Shown: positions 31,554-45,785, counted from the stretch's first letter. The stretch is 64,000 nucleotides of DNA from Deinococcus sp. (GCA_965261005.1 OZ253375.1:1024001-1088000), one strand, 5' to 3'. Notes: generated by a model from the sequence alone, not told the origin. A program made the numbers and translations.

Positions 31554-31912
31554 CCTTGTCCGGCGGCTTCGCGCTCGACGCTCACCTCAGCTTCGCGCGG
31601 CCCCTGACCCGCGCGGAGGCCGAGCGCCAGCTTGCAGCTTGGGGCCTGCCCTACACCCTCTACGGCGACCCCGGCGGCGAGGTGCGCGGCGCGCGGCTGA
31701 CCGGCCAGCTCGGCGCGGGCGAGGTGCGGCGCCTGTTACAAACCGGCCTAGCAGGGGGCGGCCTGCGCGCCGCCGAGTTGGGCTTGCGCGGCCACCTGCG
31801 CGCCGAGGACGGCCAGACCGAGTGGATGCCCTGGACGCGCGCCCGGGTGCTCGCGAAAACGGCCTGGGAGCAAGTCGAGCTGCAAGAAGGCGTGCGCTAC
31901 GTGCTGGAATGA
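31550..31912 (+). CDS. Hypothetical protein
   Basis: GTGA coupling to DinB gene; GC3-rich codons. Confidence 0.7.
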   Translation: MTLSGGFALDAHLSFARPLTRAEAERQLAAWGLPYTLYGDPGGEVRGARLTGQLGAGEVRRLLQTGLAGGGLRAAELGLRGHLRAEDGQTEWMPWTRARVLAKTAWEQVELQEGVRYVLE

Positions 31913-33996
31913 GATGTGCTGGAATAGTCGGAGAGGGCCGTGTCCAGTTCTTTTCGCAGCAGGGCGCCGGCCTCTGCGGCGGGCAGAGGTTTGCTCAGCA
32001 GGTAGCCTTGCAGACGTTCGGGCAACAACAGCTCCAGCGCGCGCAGTTGCGCGTCCGTCTCGACGCCCTCGGCCACCACCGAGAGGTCCAGCGCGTGGGC
32101 CAGCGCCACAATGGCCTGCACGATGCGGCGGGCGCCCCCATCCTGCTCAAGGTCGCGCACAAAGCTGCGGTCAATCTTGAGGCTGTCGAAGGGCAGGCGC
32201 AGCAGGTAGCTGAGCGCCGAGTGACCGGTGCCGAAGTCGTCCAGCGACAAGCGGACGCCGAGGGCACGCAGGGCGGCGATCTTGGCGGCGGCGCCATCCA
32301 AATCGGCCACAATGGTGCGCTCGGTCAGCTCCAACTCTAAGGCGCTCGGCGGCAGACTGTGCCGCACAAGGGCGCGCTCAACGCCGCGCACGAAGTCCTC
32401 GCGCGCCAGCTGAAGCGGGGACACGTTCACGGCCACGCGCAGCGACGGCCTCGCGCGCCGCCACACGGCCAGCTGCCGACACGCCTCATTCAGCACCCAC
32501 TCGCCGAGGGGCACGATCAGCCCGCTGTCCTCGGCCACCGGAATAAAACGGTCGGGCGTGACCCAGCCGAGCTGTGGGCTGTGCCAGCGCGCCAGCGCCT
32601 CGAAGCCGGCCACCGGGCCGTATGCCTGAGTTGGTCGCCCCGTTCTCCGCACCGCAAACTGAGCTTGGTAGTGCAAGCTGATCTCGCCCTCGTCGAGCGC
32701 CCGGCGAAGTTGCCCTTCCAGCTCCATGCGGGCGAGGGCCGCCGTATTCATGTGCGACGAGAAAAAGCACACGTCATTTTTGCCGGTGTGCTTGGCGCGG
32801 TACATCGCCACGTCGGCGTGCTTTTGCAAGGTCGCCGCGTCCTCGCCGTCGTGCGGGTAGACGCTCACGCCGATGGAGGTGGACATCATCAAGCTGTGGC
32901 CGCGCACCAACAGGGGGCGTGCGAGGGTGTGCAGCAGTTTGTGGGCGATCCCGCGCAGCGCCTCGTTGCTGACCATTCCGGCGATCAACACCGTGAACTC
33001 GTCGCCGCCCAGGCGCGCGATCATGTCGCTTTCGCGCAGGACGTCGCGAAAGCGGGACGCCACCTGTTGCAAGAGTTCGTCGCCCACGTCGTGACCGAGG
33101 GTGTCGTTGACCAGCTTGAAGCCGTCGAGGTCGAGGAACATCACGGCCAGCTCCGCGCCGTCTTCCTGGGCGCCGCGCACGGCTTGGCGCAAACGGTCCT
33201 CGAACAAGCTGCGGTTCGGGAGGCCGGTCAGGGCGTCGTGCTGCGCCAAGTGGACCAGTTGGCGCTCCATCTTCTTAAAGGCCGTCACGTCGCGCTGCAC
33301 GATCACCAGTTGGGAGCGCGCGCCTTGCACCGCGTCCACGCTCAGGTCAACGTAGGCCGTGTCGCCGGCGCCCGTCTGCGTGAGCAGCTGGCCCGAAAAC
33401 GGCCGGCCACGTTTGAGGGCCACGCGGGCGCCCGAAAGCCACGCCTCGCCGGCGCTCAGGCCCATCAGCGGCAGCGCCAACTGGCCCACCACGTCGTCCT
33501 CGCGGCCGATCATGCGCTTGAAGCCAGTGTTGGCGAACAGCACCGTCGGCCCCTCGCCGCTCAGCTTGGCGTCGGTGATCAGGATGCCGTCGCGCGTGCT
33601 TTGCACAGCCGCCTCTAGCTGCTTGAGGCGGTCCGCTTGATGCTTGATGGCGCGCACAGTCTGGCCGAGCCAGCCGGCGCACAACCCGAAAAGAACGTTT
33701 ACGACGCCGCTCAGAACGGCCGCGGCCAAAACTTGGTTCGCCATCGAGGGCAGGTTGCCGTTGGCGCTGAAAATGACCTCTTTGAAGAGCACGGCCAGCA
33801 AACCGAGCGCCACGCCGCCGCGCTTGCCAAAGTACCAACCGGCCGGCGCGACAAGGGGCAGCGCAAAGACGCCGATCACCGGGCCGAGGGGAGCAATCAG
33901 CGTCAACAGCAGGACGATGTACAGCGCCGGGGCCAGCACGAACAGCAGCACAAAGAGGAGGGGGCGGGGAGTCTTCAAGGCGACCTCGACGGACAT
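31897..33996 (-). CDS. Membrane PAS-GGDEF-EAL diguanylate cyclase/phosphodiesterase
   Basis: TM helices, PAS, HDALTGLPNR, RLGGDEF, EALARW, DDFGTG. Confidence 0.95.
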   Translation of the reverse strand: MSVEVALKTPRPLLFVLLFVLAPALYIVLLLTLIAPLGPVIGVFALPLVAPAGWYFGKRGGVALGLLAVLFKEVIFSANGNLPSMANQVLAAAVLSGVVNVLFGLCAGWLGQTVRAIKHQADRLKQLEAAVQSTRDGILITDAKLSGEGPTVLFANTGFKRMIGREDDVVGQLALPLMGLSAGEAWLSGARVALKRGRPFSGQLLTQTGAGDTAYVDLSVDAVQGARSQLVIVQRDVTAFKKMERQLVHLAQHDALTGLPNRSLFEDRLRQAVRGAQEDGAELAVMFLDLDGFKLVNDTLGHDVGDELLQQVASRFRDVLRESDMIARLGGDEFTVLIAGMVSNEALRGIAHKLLHTLARPLLVRGHSLMMSTSIGVSVYPHDGEDAATLQKHADVAMYRAKHTGKNDVCFFSSHMNTAALARMELEGQLRRALDEGEISLHYQAQFAVRRTGRPTQAYGPVAGFEALARWHSPQLGWVTPDRFIPVAEDSGLIVPLGEWVLNEACRQLAVWRRARPSLRVAVNVSPLQLAREDFVRGVERALVRHSLPPSALELELTERTIVADLDGAAAKIAALRALGVRLSLDDFGTGHSALSYLLRLPFDSLKIDRSFVRDLEQDGGARRIVQAIVALAHALDLSVVAEGVETDAQLRALELLLPERLQGYLLSKPLPAAEAGALLRKELDTALSDYSSTSHSST

Positions 33997-34065
33997 CGTG
34001 TCACACCTGAACTCACCGAACTCTTACAAGGCGGGCGTCCACAGCAAGCGTCAGGCCAGCAAAGG

Positions 34066-34620
34066 TTAGGCCAGCACGCGGTCATGCCAAGTCAGCTGGG
34101 CGCCCCAGCCGGCCAGCCAGCGGTCCACGTCGTAGCGCGCCCGCGCAAGGCCATTCAGCACTTCGTGCGCCCGCTCCACCGCGCGCCACGCCTCCCCCGG
34201 CGCGATCAGGCCGGCGGCGCGGGCCGCGAGCAGTTCGGGCGTGTCCAGAATCTCGGCGCCCGCGCCCGTCCAGACGACCAAGTCCAGGTACAAGTCGCGC
34301 ACGGTCCACAGCGACCCCTCGCGCGTCACGTCCGCCACATCTATGTAGTAATCGAATTCCCGGCGTCCCCCGTGGAGTTCGTAGCGGCAGAGTTGCACGC
34401 CCAACTCGGGCAGCAGGTGCGCTTCCCAAAACGCGACGCGCGGATGGTTGTAAAACGGCCGCGCGACGTACAAGCCGCGCTCGTGTTCCCGGTACGTCTC
34501 CACCGCGCGCACGCCGGTGTTGGTGTGGTGTTCGCACCTGGATGTGTCGTGCCGCTCAGTTTTAACGGGGTGGGCCGGAACCGGGTGCGCTGAGACCGGG
34601 TGCGTGGGGGCTGACGGCAT
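34066..34620 (-). CDS. DUF402 family protein
   Basis: YYIDVA, RDLYLDL. Confidence 0.8.
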   Translation of the reverse strand: MPSAPTHPVSAHPVPAHPVKTERHDTSRCEHHTNTGVRAVETYREHERGLYVARPFYNHPRVAFWEAHLLPELGVQLCRYELHGGRREFDYYIDVADVTREGSLWTVRDLYLDLVVWTGAGAEILDTPELLAARAAGLIAPGEAWRAVERAHEVLNGLARARYDVDRWLAGWGAQLTWHDRVLA

Positions 34621-34666
34621 GCTGTATCGTACCCGACCGTAGCTGAAGCCGGCATGAATTTGTTCT

Positions 34667-37189
<2,523 letters not shown>

Positions 37190-37280
37190 CGGCCGTGAGT
37201 CTAAGGCGCCGGGGCTTGAGAGATGGTGGCGCGCCTCGCGTCACCTTGTCGCCATCCTGGACACCCTACACTCGCCCTGC

Positions 37281-38504
37281 GTGACCACCCCGCCCACCCT
37301 TTCCCGCCTGCGTCTGCGCGTCACCCCAACCGCCGAGGCGCGGCTGCGCGGCGGCCATCCCTGGCTGTACGAGGGGAGCGTGCGGGAACAGAACCGGCCC
37401 GGCGCGGCCGGCGAGCTGGCCGTGGTGTTCGACCGCCGCGACAAGTTCCTGGCGGTCGGGCTGTTTGACCCGGCCTCGCCCCTGCGGCTGCGCGTGCTGC
37501 ACGCGGGCAGGCCGCAGGAGATTGACGCGGCGTGGTGGGCGGGGCGGCTGGACGCGGCCTTGGAGCGGCGCGCGGGGCTGTTCGGTTCCGACACCGACGG
37601 CTACAGAATGATCAACGGCGAGAGCGACGGCTGGCCCGGCTTGGTCCTCGACCGCTACGCGGACGTGTTGGTCCTCAAGCTGTACACGGCGGCGTGGTTT
37701 CCACATCTGGGGACGCTGCTGCCCCTGTTTGAGGCTCGGTTGGGCGCGGGGAGCGTCGTGCTGCGCCTTAGCCGCAACGTTCAGGAAGCGGCAGGTGCCT
37801 TTGGGCTGAGCGACGGCGCCGTGCTGGCGGGCGAACTTACCGAGGGTCCGGTCATCTTCAACGAATCGGGCCTGCGCTTCGGGGCCGACGTGGTGCGCGG
37901 GCAGAAGACCGGCTTCTTCCTCGACCAGCGTGACAACCGCCGCTTGATCGGGGAGCTGGCGGCGGGGCGGCGGGTGCTGAACGCCTTCAGCTTTTCGGGG
38001 GGCTTCTCGCTGTACGCGGCGCGCGGCGGGGCAGTGTCGGCTGTCAGCCTCGACATCAGCGCCCACGCCCTCGCGGCGGCGCGGCACAACTTCGCCCTGA
38101 ACGCGCACCTGCCGGGCGTCGCCGCCTGCCAGCACGAGACGGCGCGGGCCGACGTGTTCGCTTGGCTGGCGGGGACGCAGCGCAGCTTCGACTTGATCGT
38201 GCTGGACCCACCCTCGCTGGCGAGGCGCGAGGGGGAACGTGAGGGGGCCGTGCGCGCCTACGCCCGCCTGGCGGACCTGGCGCTCTCGCGGTTGGAGGCG
38301 GGCGGCGTGCTGGTGGCGGCGTCGTGCTCGGCGCACGTCTCGGAGCAGGAATTCTTCGCGGCGGTGCGCGGGGTGGCCGTGCGCTCGGGCCGTGCCTGGC
38401 GCGAGCTGATGACCACCGGCCACGCGCCCGACCACCCGGTCAGCTTTCCCGAGGCGCGCTACCTCAAGGCGATCTATCTGGCGTTTGGTGAGCGGCCTGT
38501 TTGA
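37281..38504 (+). CDS. PUA-domain 23S rRNA m5C methyltransferase (RlmI-like)
   Basis: [33 protein letters not shown]. Confidence 0.9.
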   Translation: MTTPPTLSRLRLRVTPTAEARLRGGHPWLYEGSVREQNRPGAAGELAVVFDRRDKFLAVGLFDPASPLRLRVLHAGRPQEIDAAWWAGRLDAALERRAGLFGSDTDGYRMINGESDGWPGLVLDRYADVLVLKLYTAAWFPHLGTLLPLFEARLGAGSVVLRLSRNVQEAAGAFGLSDGAVLAGELTEGPVIFNESGLRFGADVVRGQKTGFFLDQRDNRRLIGELAAGRRVLNAFSFSGGFSLYAARGGAVSAVSLDISAHALAAARHNFALNAHLPGVAACQHETARADVFAWLAGTQRSFDLIVLDPPSLARREGEREGAVRAYARLADLALSRLEAGGVLVAASCSAHVSEQEFFAAVRGVAVRSGRAWRELMTTGHAPDHPVSFPEARYLKAIYLAFGERPV

Positions 38505-38769
38505 GCGCCCGCACCCCTCCCGGCAGGTGCGCCGCGTCCAGACCGTCGGCGCGCAGGTAGAGGGCGGCGACATTGCTGCGCAGCCCGACCTCGCACACCA
38601 CGACCACCCGCCCCGTGAGGCCGTGCTCTTTCCTCTCGATGCGCTCCAGGCTGGACACGACCACCGGGTTGGGCAACAGCTTCTCCAGCGGCTCGCGCCA
38701 GCGCAGCTCCTGCGGGCGAATGTCCACCACGGTCACGCCGGGGTCGGGGAGGGTCGGGTCGGGCGGCAT
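38464..38769 (-). CDS. Rhodanese-like protein
   Basis: [16 protein letters not shown]. Confidence 0.8.
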   Translation of the reverse strand: MPPDPTLPDPGVTVVDIRPQELRWREPLEKLLPNPVVVSSLERIERKEHGLTGRVVVVCEVGLRSNVAALYLRADGLDAAHLPGGVRALKQAAHQTPDRSP

Positions 38770-38812
38770 GGGGGCAGTCTAGCGGCGCGGCGCCGGGATG
38801 GTAGGGTGACCC

Positions 38813-39517
38813 ATGAAGCTCAACGCCAAAAGCACCATGCTCGTCCTCTGCGCGCTCGGTCTCGCGTTCGCCGCCGATTATCCCGTTCAGAACGTCTCGC
38901 GGCCCCTCACGGGCGTCCAGCGGGCCGTGGTGCAGCTCAAGGTGGGCGCCGCGCGGCTGAACGTCTCCGCCTTGGCGGGTGGTCAAAACCTGATTCAGGG
39001 CGCGCTGGAGTTGCCAGAGAACGTGCGGATTGACTAGGGGTACAAGGTCAGCGGCGGCACCGCCACCGTCAGCTACGCGCAGGGGGCGTCCGGCCTCAAC
39101 CTGGGGCTGTTTTCCTCGGGGAACGCCCCGTCTTGGGCCTTTCGCCTGAGCGCGGCCGTCCCCATTGATTTCAACGTCCAGAGCGGCGTGGGCGAGAGCC
39201 GGCTCGACCTCGGCGGCCTCAAGCTCTCGCACCTGTCGGTGGAGAGCGGCGTGGGCGACACCATCGTGACGCTGCCAAAGGCGGGGACGTACTCGGCCGA
39301 CGTTCAGGGCGGCGTCGGCGACACCACCGTCAATATTCCAAAGGGCCTGCCCGTGCGCGTCCAGACCGACGTGGGCCTGGGCAAGATGAGCGTACTCGGC
39401 CCCTTCGAGAAGCGCGGCGACGCCTACGTCAGCCCCAGCTACGACGGGGCGCGGGACCGGGTGGACTTACAAATAGAGGGCGGCGTTGGCAGCGTGACCG
39501 TGCGGCTGGGCCAGTGA
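38813..39517 (+). pseudogene. Exported LiaF/DUF2154-like beta-repeat protein with in-frame TAG at 39035-39037
   Basis: Signal peptide; same frame continues past the TAG with GVG repeats to TGA 39517. Confidence 0.8.
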
Positions 39518-39527
39518 GAGGGGCGGG

Positions 39528-40382
39528 TCAGGCCGGCAGCAAGTCCAGCACGACCACCTCGGGCGGGCAGTTTAGGCGCAGCGGCACGGCCGTCACGCCC
39601 AGGCCGCGCGACACGAAGCCCAGCGCGCCGGCGTGCTGGACGCCCGGTTTGCCTTCGGCGTCGCTGACCGCGACCTCGTCGCCGCGTACCCAGCCTTGCA
39701 CCTTGCGGCCCAAGGTCGAGCGGTAGACGGGGCCGAGGCCCGGCAAGCGAACTTGTCCACCGTGGGTGTGGCCGGTCAGGGTGAGGTCCACCCGCGCCGG
39801 CACGTAGGGAAGGTAGTCCGGGTTGTGCGCCAGCAGCACGGTTGCCCCACCCCGGTAGCCGCCCAGGGCCGCCCCAAGGTCCTGCTCGCCAAACCACCAG
39901 TCGTCCACGCCCGCCAGGTACAGGTCGTCTCTCAGCTGAAGCCCCGCATTGTTGATCAGGCGGACGCCCGCTTCCCGCAGGTTTCCGGCAAAGGCGCGGC
40001 GCGTGGCCCCGGTGTTCAGGCTGGTCCAGTCGTGGTTGCCCCACACCCCATACACGCCCAGCGGCGCGCGCAGCCGCGACAGCTCCGCGAGCAAACCGGC
40101 GTGGCCGCGCGGATTGAGCGAGCTGTCGAGAAAGTCCCCGGTGATCACGATCAGGTCGGCCCGCACCGCGAGCGCCGCGTCCACCCAGCGCCGTACGCTG
40201 GCGCGGCCGATGAAAAGGCCGTAGTGGAGGTCGCTCAACTGCGCTACCCGCACGGGCGCCGTGAGGCCGGGCAGCGGCAAGCTGTGCTCGCTGATCACAA
40301 AACGGTAGACGTTGGCCCAACTCGCCAGCGAGATAGGCAGGGGCAGCCACGCCGCAGCGCGAAGCGCGCGCCCGAAGTTCAT
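39528..40382 (-). CDS. Metallophosphoesterase
   Basis: SDLH, TGDF, GNHD, HNPD, GHTHGGQ. Confidence 0.93.
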   Translation of the reverse strand: MNFGRALRAAAWLPLPISLASWANVYRFVISEHSLPLPGLTAPVRVAQLSDLHYGLFIGRASVRRWVDAALAVRADLIVITGDFLDSSLNPRGHAGLLAELSRLRAPLGVYGVWGNHDWTSLNTGATRRAFAGNLREAGVRLINNAGLQLRDDLYLAGVDDWWFGEQDLGAALGGYRGGATVLLAHNPDYLPYVPARVDLTLTGHTHGGQVRLPGLGPVYRSTLGRKVQGWVRGDEVAVSDAEGKPGVQHAGALGFVSRGLGVTAVPLRLNCPPEVVVLDLLPA

Positions 40383-40435
40383 GCCTGACCTTGGCTTACC
40401 GGCGCGGGTTGACCGGCCCCCTGCATCACGCCCGA

Positions 40436-41281
40436 TCACGCCGGCAGCAAGTCCAGCGCAACCACCTCGGGCGGGCAGTTCAGGCGCAGCGGCAAGCCGG
40501 TCACGCCCAGGCCGCGCGACACGAAGCCGGGGGCGGGGCCGGACACGAACCCCCGCGCGAAGCGCTCGCCGTAGCGCGAGGAGGTCATAATCGCCCCGAC
40601 CAGCGGCAGCCGCACCTGGCCGCCGTGGGTGTGGCCGCACACGGTCAGCCCCACCGACGCCGGCACCCCCGGCAGCACGTCGGGGTTGTGGCTCATCAGC
40701 AGCGTGGCGCCCGTTCCTGAACCGCGCAGGGCCGCCGGTAAATGCACCCCGCCGTGCCACAGGTCGTCCAAGCCGGCGAGGTACAGGTCGCCGCGCACCT
40801 GAACGCCCGCGTCGAGCAGAATGCGCACGCCGGCCGCCGCAAGCTGCCGCGCGAACTCCTTTTGGCGCTGCGGCCAGTCGGGGCGCCAGCCCAGCTTCCG
40901 GCGCTCGGGGCCGCCGAAGCTGGCGTAGTCGTGGTTGCCCCACACGCCCCACACACCCAAGGGCGCCTTGAGACGCGACAGCTCGGCGAACAGCGGCGCC
41001 ACGCTGCCCTCCACGTCGGCGTCCACGAAGTCCCCGGTGACCAGGATCAGGTCGGGCCGTTCACGCAGCGCGGCGTCCACCCAGACGCGCACCGAGGCCG
41101 CCCCGATAAAGGGGCCGTAGTGCAGGTCGCTCAGCTGCACTACGCGCAGCGGGCGCTTCAGGCCGGGCAGTGTGCGGGTGTGCCGCGTCACCTGCGGGCG
41201 GTAGACCTCGGCCACCGGCGCGGCGCCCAGCGCGAGGGCACCGAACCCCGAGGTCAAAAAGGCGCGCCGGGAAAGCTTCAT
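40436..41281 (-). CDS. Metallophosphoesterase with twin-arginine-like N-terminus
   Basis: SRRAFL; same catalytic motifs; tandem paralog. Confidence 0.93.
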   Translation of the reverse strand: MKLSRRAFLTSGFGALALGAAPVAEVYRPQVTRHTRTLPGLKRPLRVVQLSDLHYGPFIGAASVRVWVDAALRERPDLILVTGDFVDADVEGSVAPLFAELSRLKAPLGVWGVWGNHDYASFGGPERRKLGWRPDWPQRQKEFARQLAAAGVRILLDAGVQVRGDLYLAGLDDLWHGGVHLPAALRGSGTGATLLMSHNPDVLPGVPASVGLTVCGHTHGGQVRLPLVGAIMTSSRYGERFARGFVSGPAPGFVSRGLGVTGLPLRLNCPPEVVALDLLPA

Positions 41282-41304
41282 GCTGCGAATACTATACAGG
41301 CGAT

Positions 41305-42807
41305 ATGAGCGCCCTCGAAATTGTCCTGGCCCAGATTCAGACCCTCGACCCGGCCACCCCATATACAGAGGCCGTCCTGATCGGCGGCGGGTGGGTGCTG
41401 GCCGCCGGCTCCCGCGAGGACGTGCGCGCCCTGGCCCCTGGGGCCGAGCTGCACGACCACCGCGACCTGGTCCTGACCCCCGGCCTCACCGACGCGCACG
41501 TCCACTTGGTCGGCTACGGCTTTGCGCTGGGCAACCTCGACCTCGCCGGAAGCGGCAGCGTCGGGGAGGTGCGCGCCCGGCTGCGGGCGCGGGTGGAGGG
41601 CACACCCCCCGGCCAATGGATTCAGGGCGGCGGCTTCACCCTCTCGGAGCTGGGCCTGAGCGGTTACCCCACGGCAACCGACCTCGACGAGGTCTCCCCC
41701 GACCACCCGGTCTTGCTGTACTCGCGCGACCTGCACCTGGGCTGGGCCAACTCGCTCGCGCTGCGCCTCGCCGGCGTGCGCGAGGACACCCCCGACCCGA
41801 AAGGAGGTCAGGTCGTGCGCCCGCTGGGCACGCTGCTGGAGTACGCCAAGGACCTGATCACGCGGGTCATGCCGGCGCCCACGCCGGGCGAGTACCTGGA
41901 GGCGGCACGGCGCGGCGCGCGGGACTTCGCCGCGCGCGGCTTCACGGCCGTTCACAGCATGGGCTACGAAGGGCCGGAGGCGCTGCGGGCCGTCATGGAA
42001 CTCGACGCGCGCGGCGAGCTGCCGCTGCGGGTCTGGGCCTGCCTGGATCAGGGGCGGCTGGAAAGCTTCGCGGAGGTCGGCCTCTTTGGCAACGCGGGCG
42101 GCAACGTCCAGCTCGGCGGGCTGAAGTTCTTCGCCGACGGCGCGCTGGGCAGCCGCACCGCCTGGCTGCTGCCGCCCGGCTACGCGGACGGAAGCGGCGA
42201 GGGGATGCCGCTGCACGCGCCCGAGCTGATCCGCGAGCGGGGCCGCATGGCCTTGGAGCTGGGCCTCATCCCCGTCACGCACGCCATCGGCGACCGGGCC
42301 AACCGCGAGGTGCTCAGCGCCTACGAGGACTTGGCCGCCCTCGCCCGCGAGAAGGGCCTGCGCCTCAGAATCGAGCACGCCCAGCACCTCGCCCCGCAGG
42401 ACATTCCGCGCTTCGGGCAGCTCGGCGTCACGGCCTCGGTGCAGCCGATTCACTTGCCGGGGGACGGGCCGGCCATTCGCGCGCTGCTGCCGCAACATGC
42501 TCACACCAGCTACGCCTTTCGCTCGCTGCTGCGTTCGGGCGCCCTGCTGGTCCTCGGCTCGGACGCGCCGGTGGCCCCACCGGACGTGGCGGCCACCTTT
42601 CGCGCGGCGACGGAACGGCTGGATACAAACGGCGACCCCCTCGCCCCAGAGGAGGCCCTGACCCCACAGGAAGTGCTGTTCGCCTACACGCGCGGCCCCG
42701 CCCTCGCGGTGGGCTGGGAGGATGACGGCGTGATCCGGCCGGGCGCGCGGGCACACTTCACCCTGTGGGACGAGGTGGGCGGGGCCGCGCGAACGTTCAC
42801 CCCCTGA
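41305..42807 (+). CDS. Amidohydrolase family 3 (YtcJ-like)
   Basis: [39 protein letters not shown]. Confidence 0.92.
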   Translation: MSALEIVLAQIQTLDPATPYTEAVLIGGGWVLAAGSREDVRALAPGAELHDHRDLVLTPGLTDAHVHLVGYGFALGNLDLAGSGSVGEVRARLRARVEGTPPGQWIQGGGFTLSELGLSGYPTATDLDEVSPDHPVLLYSRDLHLGWANSLALRLAGVREDTPDPKGGQVVRPLGTLLEYAKDLITRVMPAPTPGEYLEAARRGARDFAARGFTAVHSMGYEGPEALRAVMELDARGELPLRVWACLDQGRLESFAEVGLFGNAGGNVQLGGLKFFADGALGSRTAWLLPPGYADGSGEGMPLHAPELIRERGRMALELGLIPVTHAIGDRANREVLSAYEDLAALAREKGLRLRIEHAQHLAPQDIPRFGQLGVTASVQPIHLPGDGPAIRALLPQHAHTSYAFRSLLRSGALLVLGSDAPVAPPDVAATFRAATERLDTNGDPLAPEEALTPQEVLFAYTRGPALAVGWEDDGVIRPGARAHFTLWDEVGGAARTFTP

Positions 42808-42856
42808 CTCATCCTACTCATATTCTAAAATCGGATTATGAGTTAAAGGAGGAGCC

Positions 42857-43882
42857 GTGCGACGCACCAAATACGCCTTCGGGGTCTACATCGGACGCTT
42901 CGAGCCGCCGCACAGCGCGCACTTGGCGGTGATGCTGGAAGCCCTTTCGCGCGTTCACAAGCTGATCGTGGTGGTCGGCTCGGCCAAGAGCGCGCGCAGC
43001 GTCAAGAATCCCTGGACCGCCGAGGAACGGGAAACCTTGATCGCGGACATGCTGACGGCGGCGGGTATCGCGCGCTCCAGGCTGCTGTTCACGCAGGTGC
43101 GCGACTACTTCTACAACGAGTCCTTGTGGCTGTCGGAGGTGCAGCGCGGCGTGAGCGGCTTCACGCGCGGCAGCGGCGACGTCGCGCTGGTCGGCCACCT
43201 CAAGGACGCCTCCAGCTACTACCTGCGCTCGTTTCCGGCCTGGGAATATTTGCCGACAAAAGTCGAGTCCCCCCTGAGCGCCACCGAGGTGCGGCGGCTG
43301 TACTTCTCGGGGGACCTCCGTGACACCGAGAAGTACGTGCCGGGAACGGTGGCGCGCTTTCTGGAAGACTTCGCGCGCACGCCCGAGTTCGCCGCGCTGC
43401 GGGCCGAGTTCGACTACCTGCGCGACTACCGGGCGCGCTGGAGGGGCGCCCCCTTCGAGCCGGTCTTCACCACCACCGACGCCGCCGTGCTCAGGAGCGG
43501 GCACGTCCTGCTGGTGAGGCGCGCCGAGCATCCCGGCAAGGGGCGGCTGGCGATGCCGGGCGGCTTTCTGAACGTGGGGGAAACGCTGCTGGAATCCTGC
43601 CTGCGCGAGCTGCGCGAGGAGACCGGCCTGGGGGGCACGCTGGACTTGGAGGCCGCCCTGCGCGGGCGCGCCGTCTTCGACTACCCGGAGCGGTCGCTGC
43701 GCGGCCGGACCGTCAGCCACGCTTTCTACTTCGACCTCGGCATCGGCCAGCTGCCCACGCTGCACGCCGGCAGCGACGCCGCAGGCGCCTTGTGGCTGCC
43801 GCTGGGCGAGGCCATGGCGCAGCCCGAGCAGTTTTTCGAGGATCACCACGCCATCATTGAGCACTTCTTGATGAAGGCTTAA
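42857..43882 (+). CDS. nadM: Bifunctional NMN adenylyltransferase/ADP-ribose pyrophosphatase (NadM-Nudix)
   Basis: [15 protein letters not shown], Nudix box [14 protein letters not shown]. Confidence 0.93.
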   Translation: MRRTKYAFGVYIGRFEPPHSAHLAVMLEALSRVHKLIVVVGSAKSARSVKNPWTAEERETLIADMLTAAGIARSRLLFTQVRDYFYNESLWLSEVQRGVSGFTRGSGDVALVGHLKDASSYYLRSFPAWEYLPTKVESPLSATEVRRLYFSGDLRDTEKYVPGTVARFLEDFARTPEFAALRAEFDYLRDYRARWRGAPFEPVFTTTDAAVLRSGHVLLVRRAEHPGKGRLAMPGGFLNVGETLLESCLRELREETGLGGTLDLEAALRGRAVFDYPERSLRGRTVSHAFYFDLGIGQLPTLHAGSDAAGALWLPLGEAMAQPEQFFEDHHAIIEHFLMKA

Positions 43883-43894
43883 AAGGAGACCAGT

Positions 43895-45310
43895 ATGACC
43901 GTTACGGAAGCGCCCGTCATTCACTTAAGCGACCACAACATTATTCTGGACACCGATTCGTATAAAGCAAGTCACTATCTGCAATATCCTCCGAACACCA
44001 CCAAGCTGTTTTCTTACCTGGAGTCGCGCGGCGGACGCTGGCCGGCCACCAAGTTCTTCGGTTTGCAATACCTGCTCAAGCGCTACCTGAGCACCCGAAT
44101 CACGGAGGCGATGGTCGAGGAGGCTGCCGGGCTGTTCGCAGCGCACGGCGAGCCGTTTCCCTTGGAGGGCTGGCGGCACGTGGCGCGCGATTTGGGGGGG
44201 CGGCTGCCGCTGGAGATTCGCGCGGTGCCCGAGGGCACCCTGGTGCCCAACCACAACGCCCTGATGACCGTGACGGGGACCGACCCACAGGTGCCGTGGC
44301 TGGTCGGCTGGTTCGAGACCATGCTGGTGCGGGTCTGGTATCCCACCACCGTCGCCACCCAAAGCCACTTCCTGCGCGAGATCATCCGGGCCGCCCTGGA
44401 GGAAACCGCCGACGACCCGGCGGCGGAGCTGCCCTTCAAGCTGCACGACTTCGGCTCGCGCGGGGTGTCCAGCCGCGAGTCGGCGGGCCTCGGCGGCCTC
44501 GCGCACCTGATTAACTTCCTCGGCAGCGACACGCTGGAGGCGCTGCGGCTGGCGCGCAACTACTACGGCGCGGACGTGGCCGGCTACAGCATTCCCGCCG
44601 CCGAGCACAGCACCGTGACCAGCTGGGGCAAGACGGGCGAGGTGGACGCTTACCGCAACATGGTCCGCACCTTTGGCAAGCCGGGGGCCACCTACGCCGT
44701 CGTGAGCGACAGCTACGACCTCAAGCACGCCATCAATCAGTTCTGGGGCACCGAACTCCGGGACGAGGTGATGGCCTCGGGGGCGACCTTGGTGGTGCGC
44801 CCGGACAGCGGCGACCCGCCCGCGATGGTCCGCTTGGCCGTGCGCGCCCTGGCCGCCAAGTTCGGCACGACCGTGAACGGCAAGGGCTATCAGGTGTTGA
44901 GGGGCGTGCGGGTGATTCAGGGGGACGGCATTGACGAGGAGAGCTTGCGCGAGATTCTGGCCGCCGTGACCGGCGACGGCTTCAGCGCCAGCAACGTCGG
45001 CTTCGGCATGGGCGGGGCGCTGCTCCAGCAGGTCAACCGCGACACCCAGAAGTTCGCCTACAAGACCAGCGCCGCCGAGGTGGACGGCCACTTTCGCGCG
45101 GTCTACAAGGACCCCGTGACCGACCCCGGCAAGCGCAGCAAGGACGGCGTGCTGGACTTGGCGAGGCAGGGAAACCGCCTTGTGACCCGGCAGTACCACG
45201 AGTTCGTGGACAGCTACCCGGACAGCGCCATGCGGACGGTCTTCAGGAACGGTGACTTGCTGATCGAGGACACCCTGGAGGACGTGCGGGTGCGCGGGGG
45301 AACCCTGTGA
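43895..45310 (+). CDS. nadV: Nicotinamide phosphoribosyltransferase
   Basis: TDSYKASH, HDFGSRG, IPAAEHS, VRPDSGDP, KDPVTDPGKRSK. Confidence 0.9.
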   Translation: MTVTEAPVIHLSDHNIILDTDSYKASHYLQYPPNTTKLFSYLESRGGRWPATKFFGLQYLLKRYLSTRITEAMVEEAAGLFAAHGEPFPLEGWRHVARDLGGRLPLEIRAVPEGTLVPNHNALMTVTGTDPQVPWLVGWFETMLVRVWYPTTVATQSHFLREIIRAALEETADDPAAELPFKLHDFGSRGVSSRESAGLGGLAHLINFLGSDTLEALRLARNYYGADVAGYSIPAAEHSTVTSWGKTGEVDAYRNMVRTFGKPGATYAVVSDSYDLKHAINQFWGTELRDEVMASGATLVVRPDSGDPPAMVRLAVRALAAKFGTTVNGKGYQVLRGVRVIQGDGIDEESLREILAAVTGDGFSASNVGFGMGGALLQQVNRDTQKFAYKTSAAEVDGHFRAVYKDPVTDPGKRSKDGVLDLARQGNRLVTRQYHEFVDSYPDSAMRTVFRNGDLLIEDTLEDVRVRGGTL

Positions 45311-45783
45311 CCCCCGTACGCGGCCGGCTGGGCGGTTTGACCGCCGGCTACGACATGAGGCTGAATTGGAACGCGCCCGACCTGCGCGGGCGGCTGGGCG
45401 GCACCTTTCGCGGCAAGAGCGTGAAGCTGAGCTACCAAGGCGGGCGCGTGACGGGACGGATCGGCGGCTTTGTGCGCGGCTTCGACGTGTCGGGCGAGCT
45501 GACGCCGAACAAGATTGACGTGCGCCTGGGCGGCCGGATTGGCGGCGACAGCCTGAGCGTGACCATTGGCGGCAACCGGGCGCGGGGCCGCTTCAGCGGG
45601 CGCCTGAGCGGCAAGGACGTGGAGTTGAACTTGTCGGGCGGCTCGCTGTCGGGCCGCGTCGGCGGCGTGCTGAAGGGCAAGGACGTGAAGCTGAACTTCG
45701 GCGCCCCGCCCGAGCTGGCCGTGCTGGCGGCTTTGCTGACCTACAAGGCCCTGGAGGACGACGAGAACCGGGAGGAAGAGTAG
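45307..45783 (+). CDS. Hypothetical protein with GR(L/I)GG repeats
   Basis: Six roughly 20-aa repeats GRxGGxxxGxDV. Confidence 0.8.
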   Translation: MTPVRGRLGGLTAGYDMRLNWNAPDLRGRLGGTFRGKSVKLSYQGGRVTGRIGGFVRGFDVSGELTPNKIDVRLGGRIGGDSLSVTIGGNRARGRFSGRLSGKDVELNLSGGSLSGRVGGVLKGKDVKLNFGAPPELAVLAALLTYKALEDDENREEE

Positions 45784-45785
45784 TC

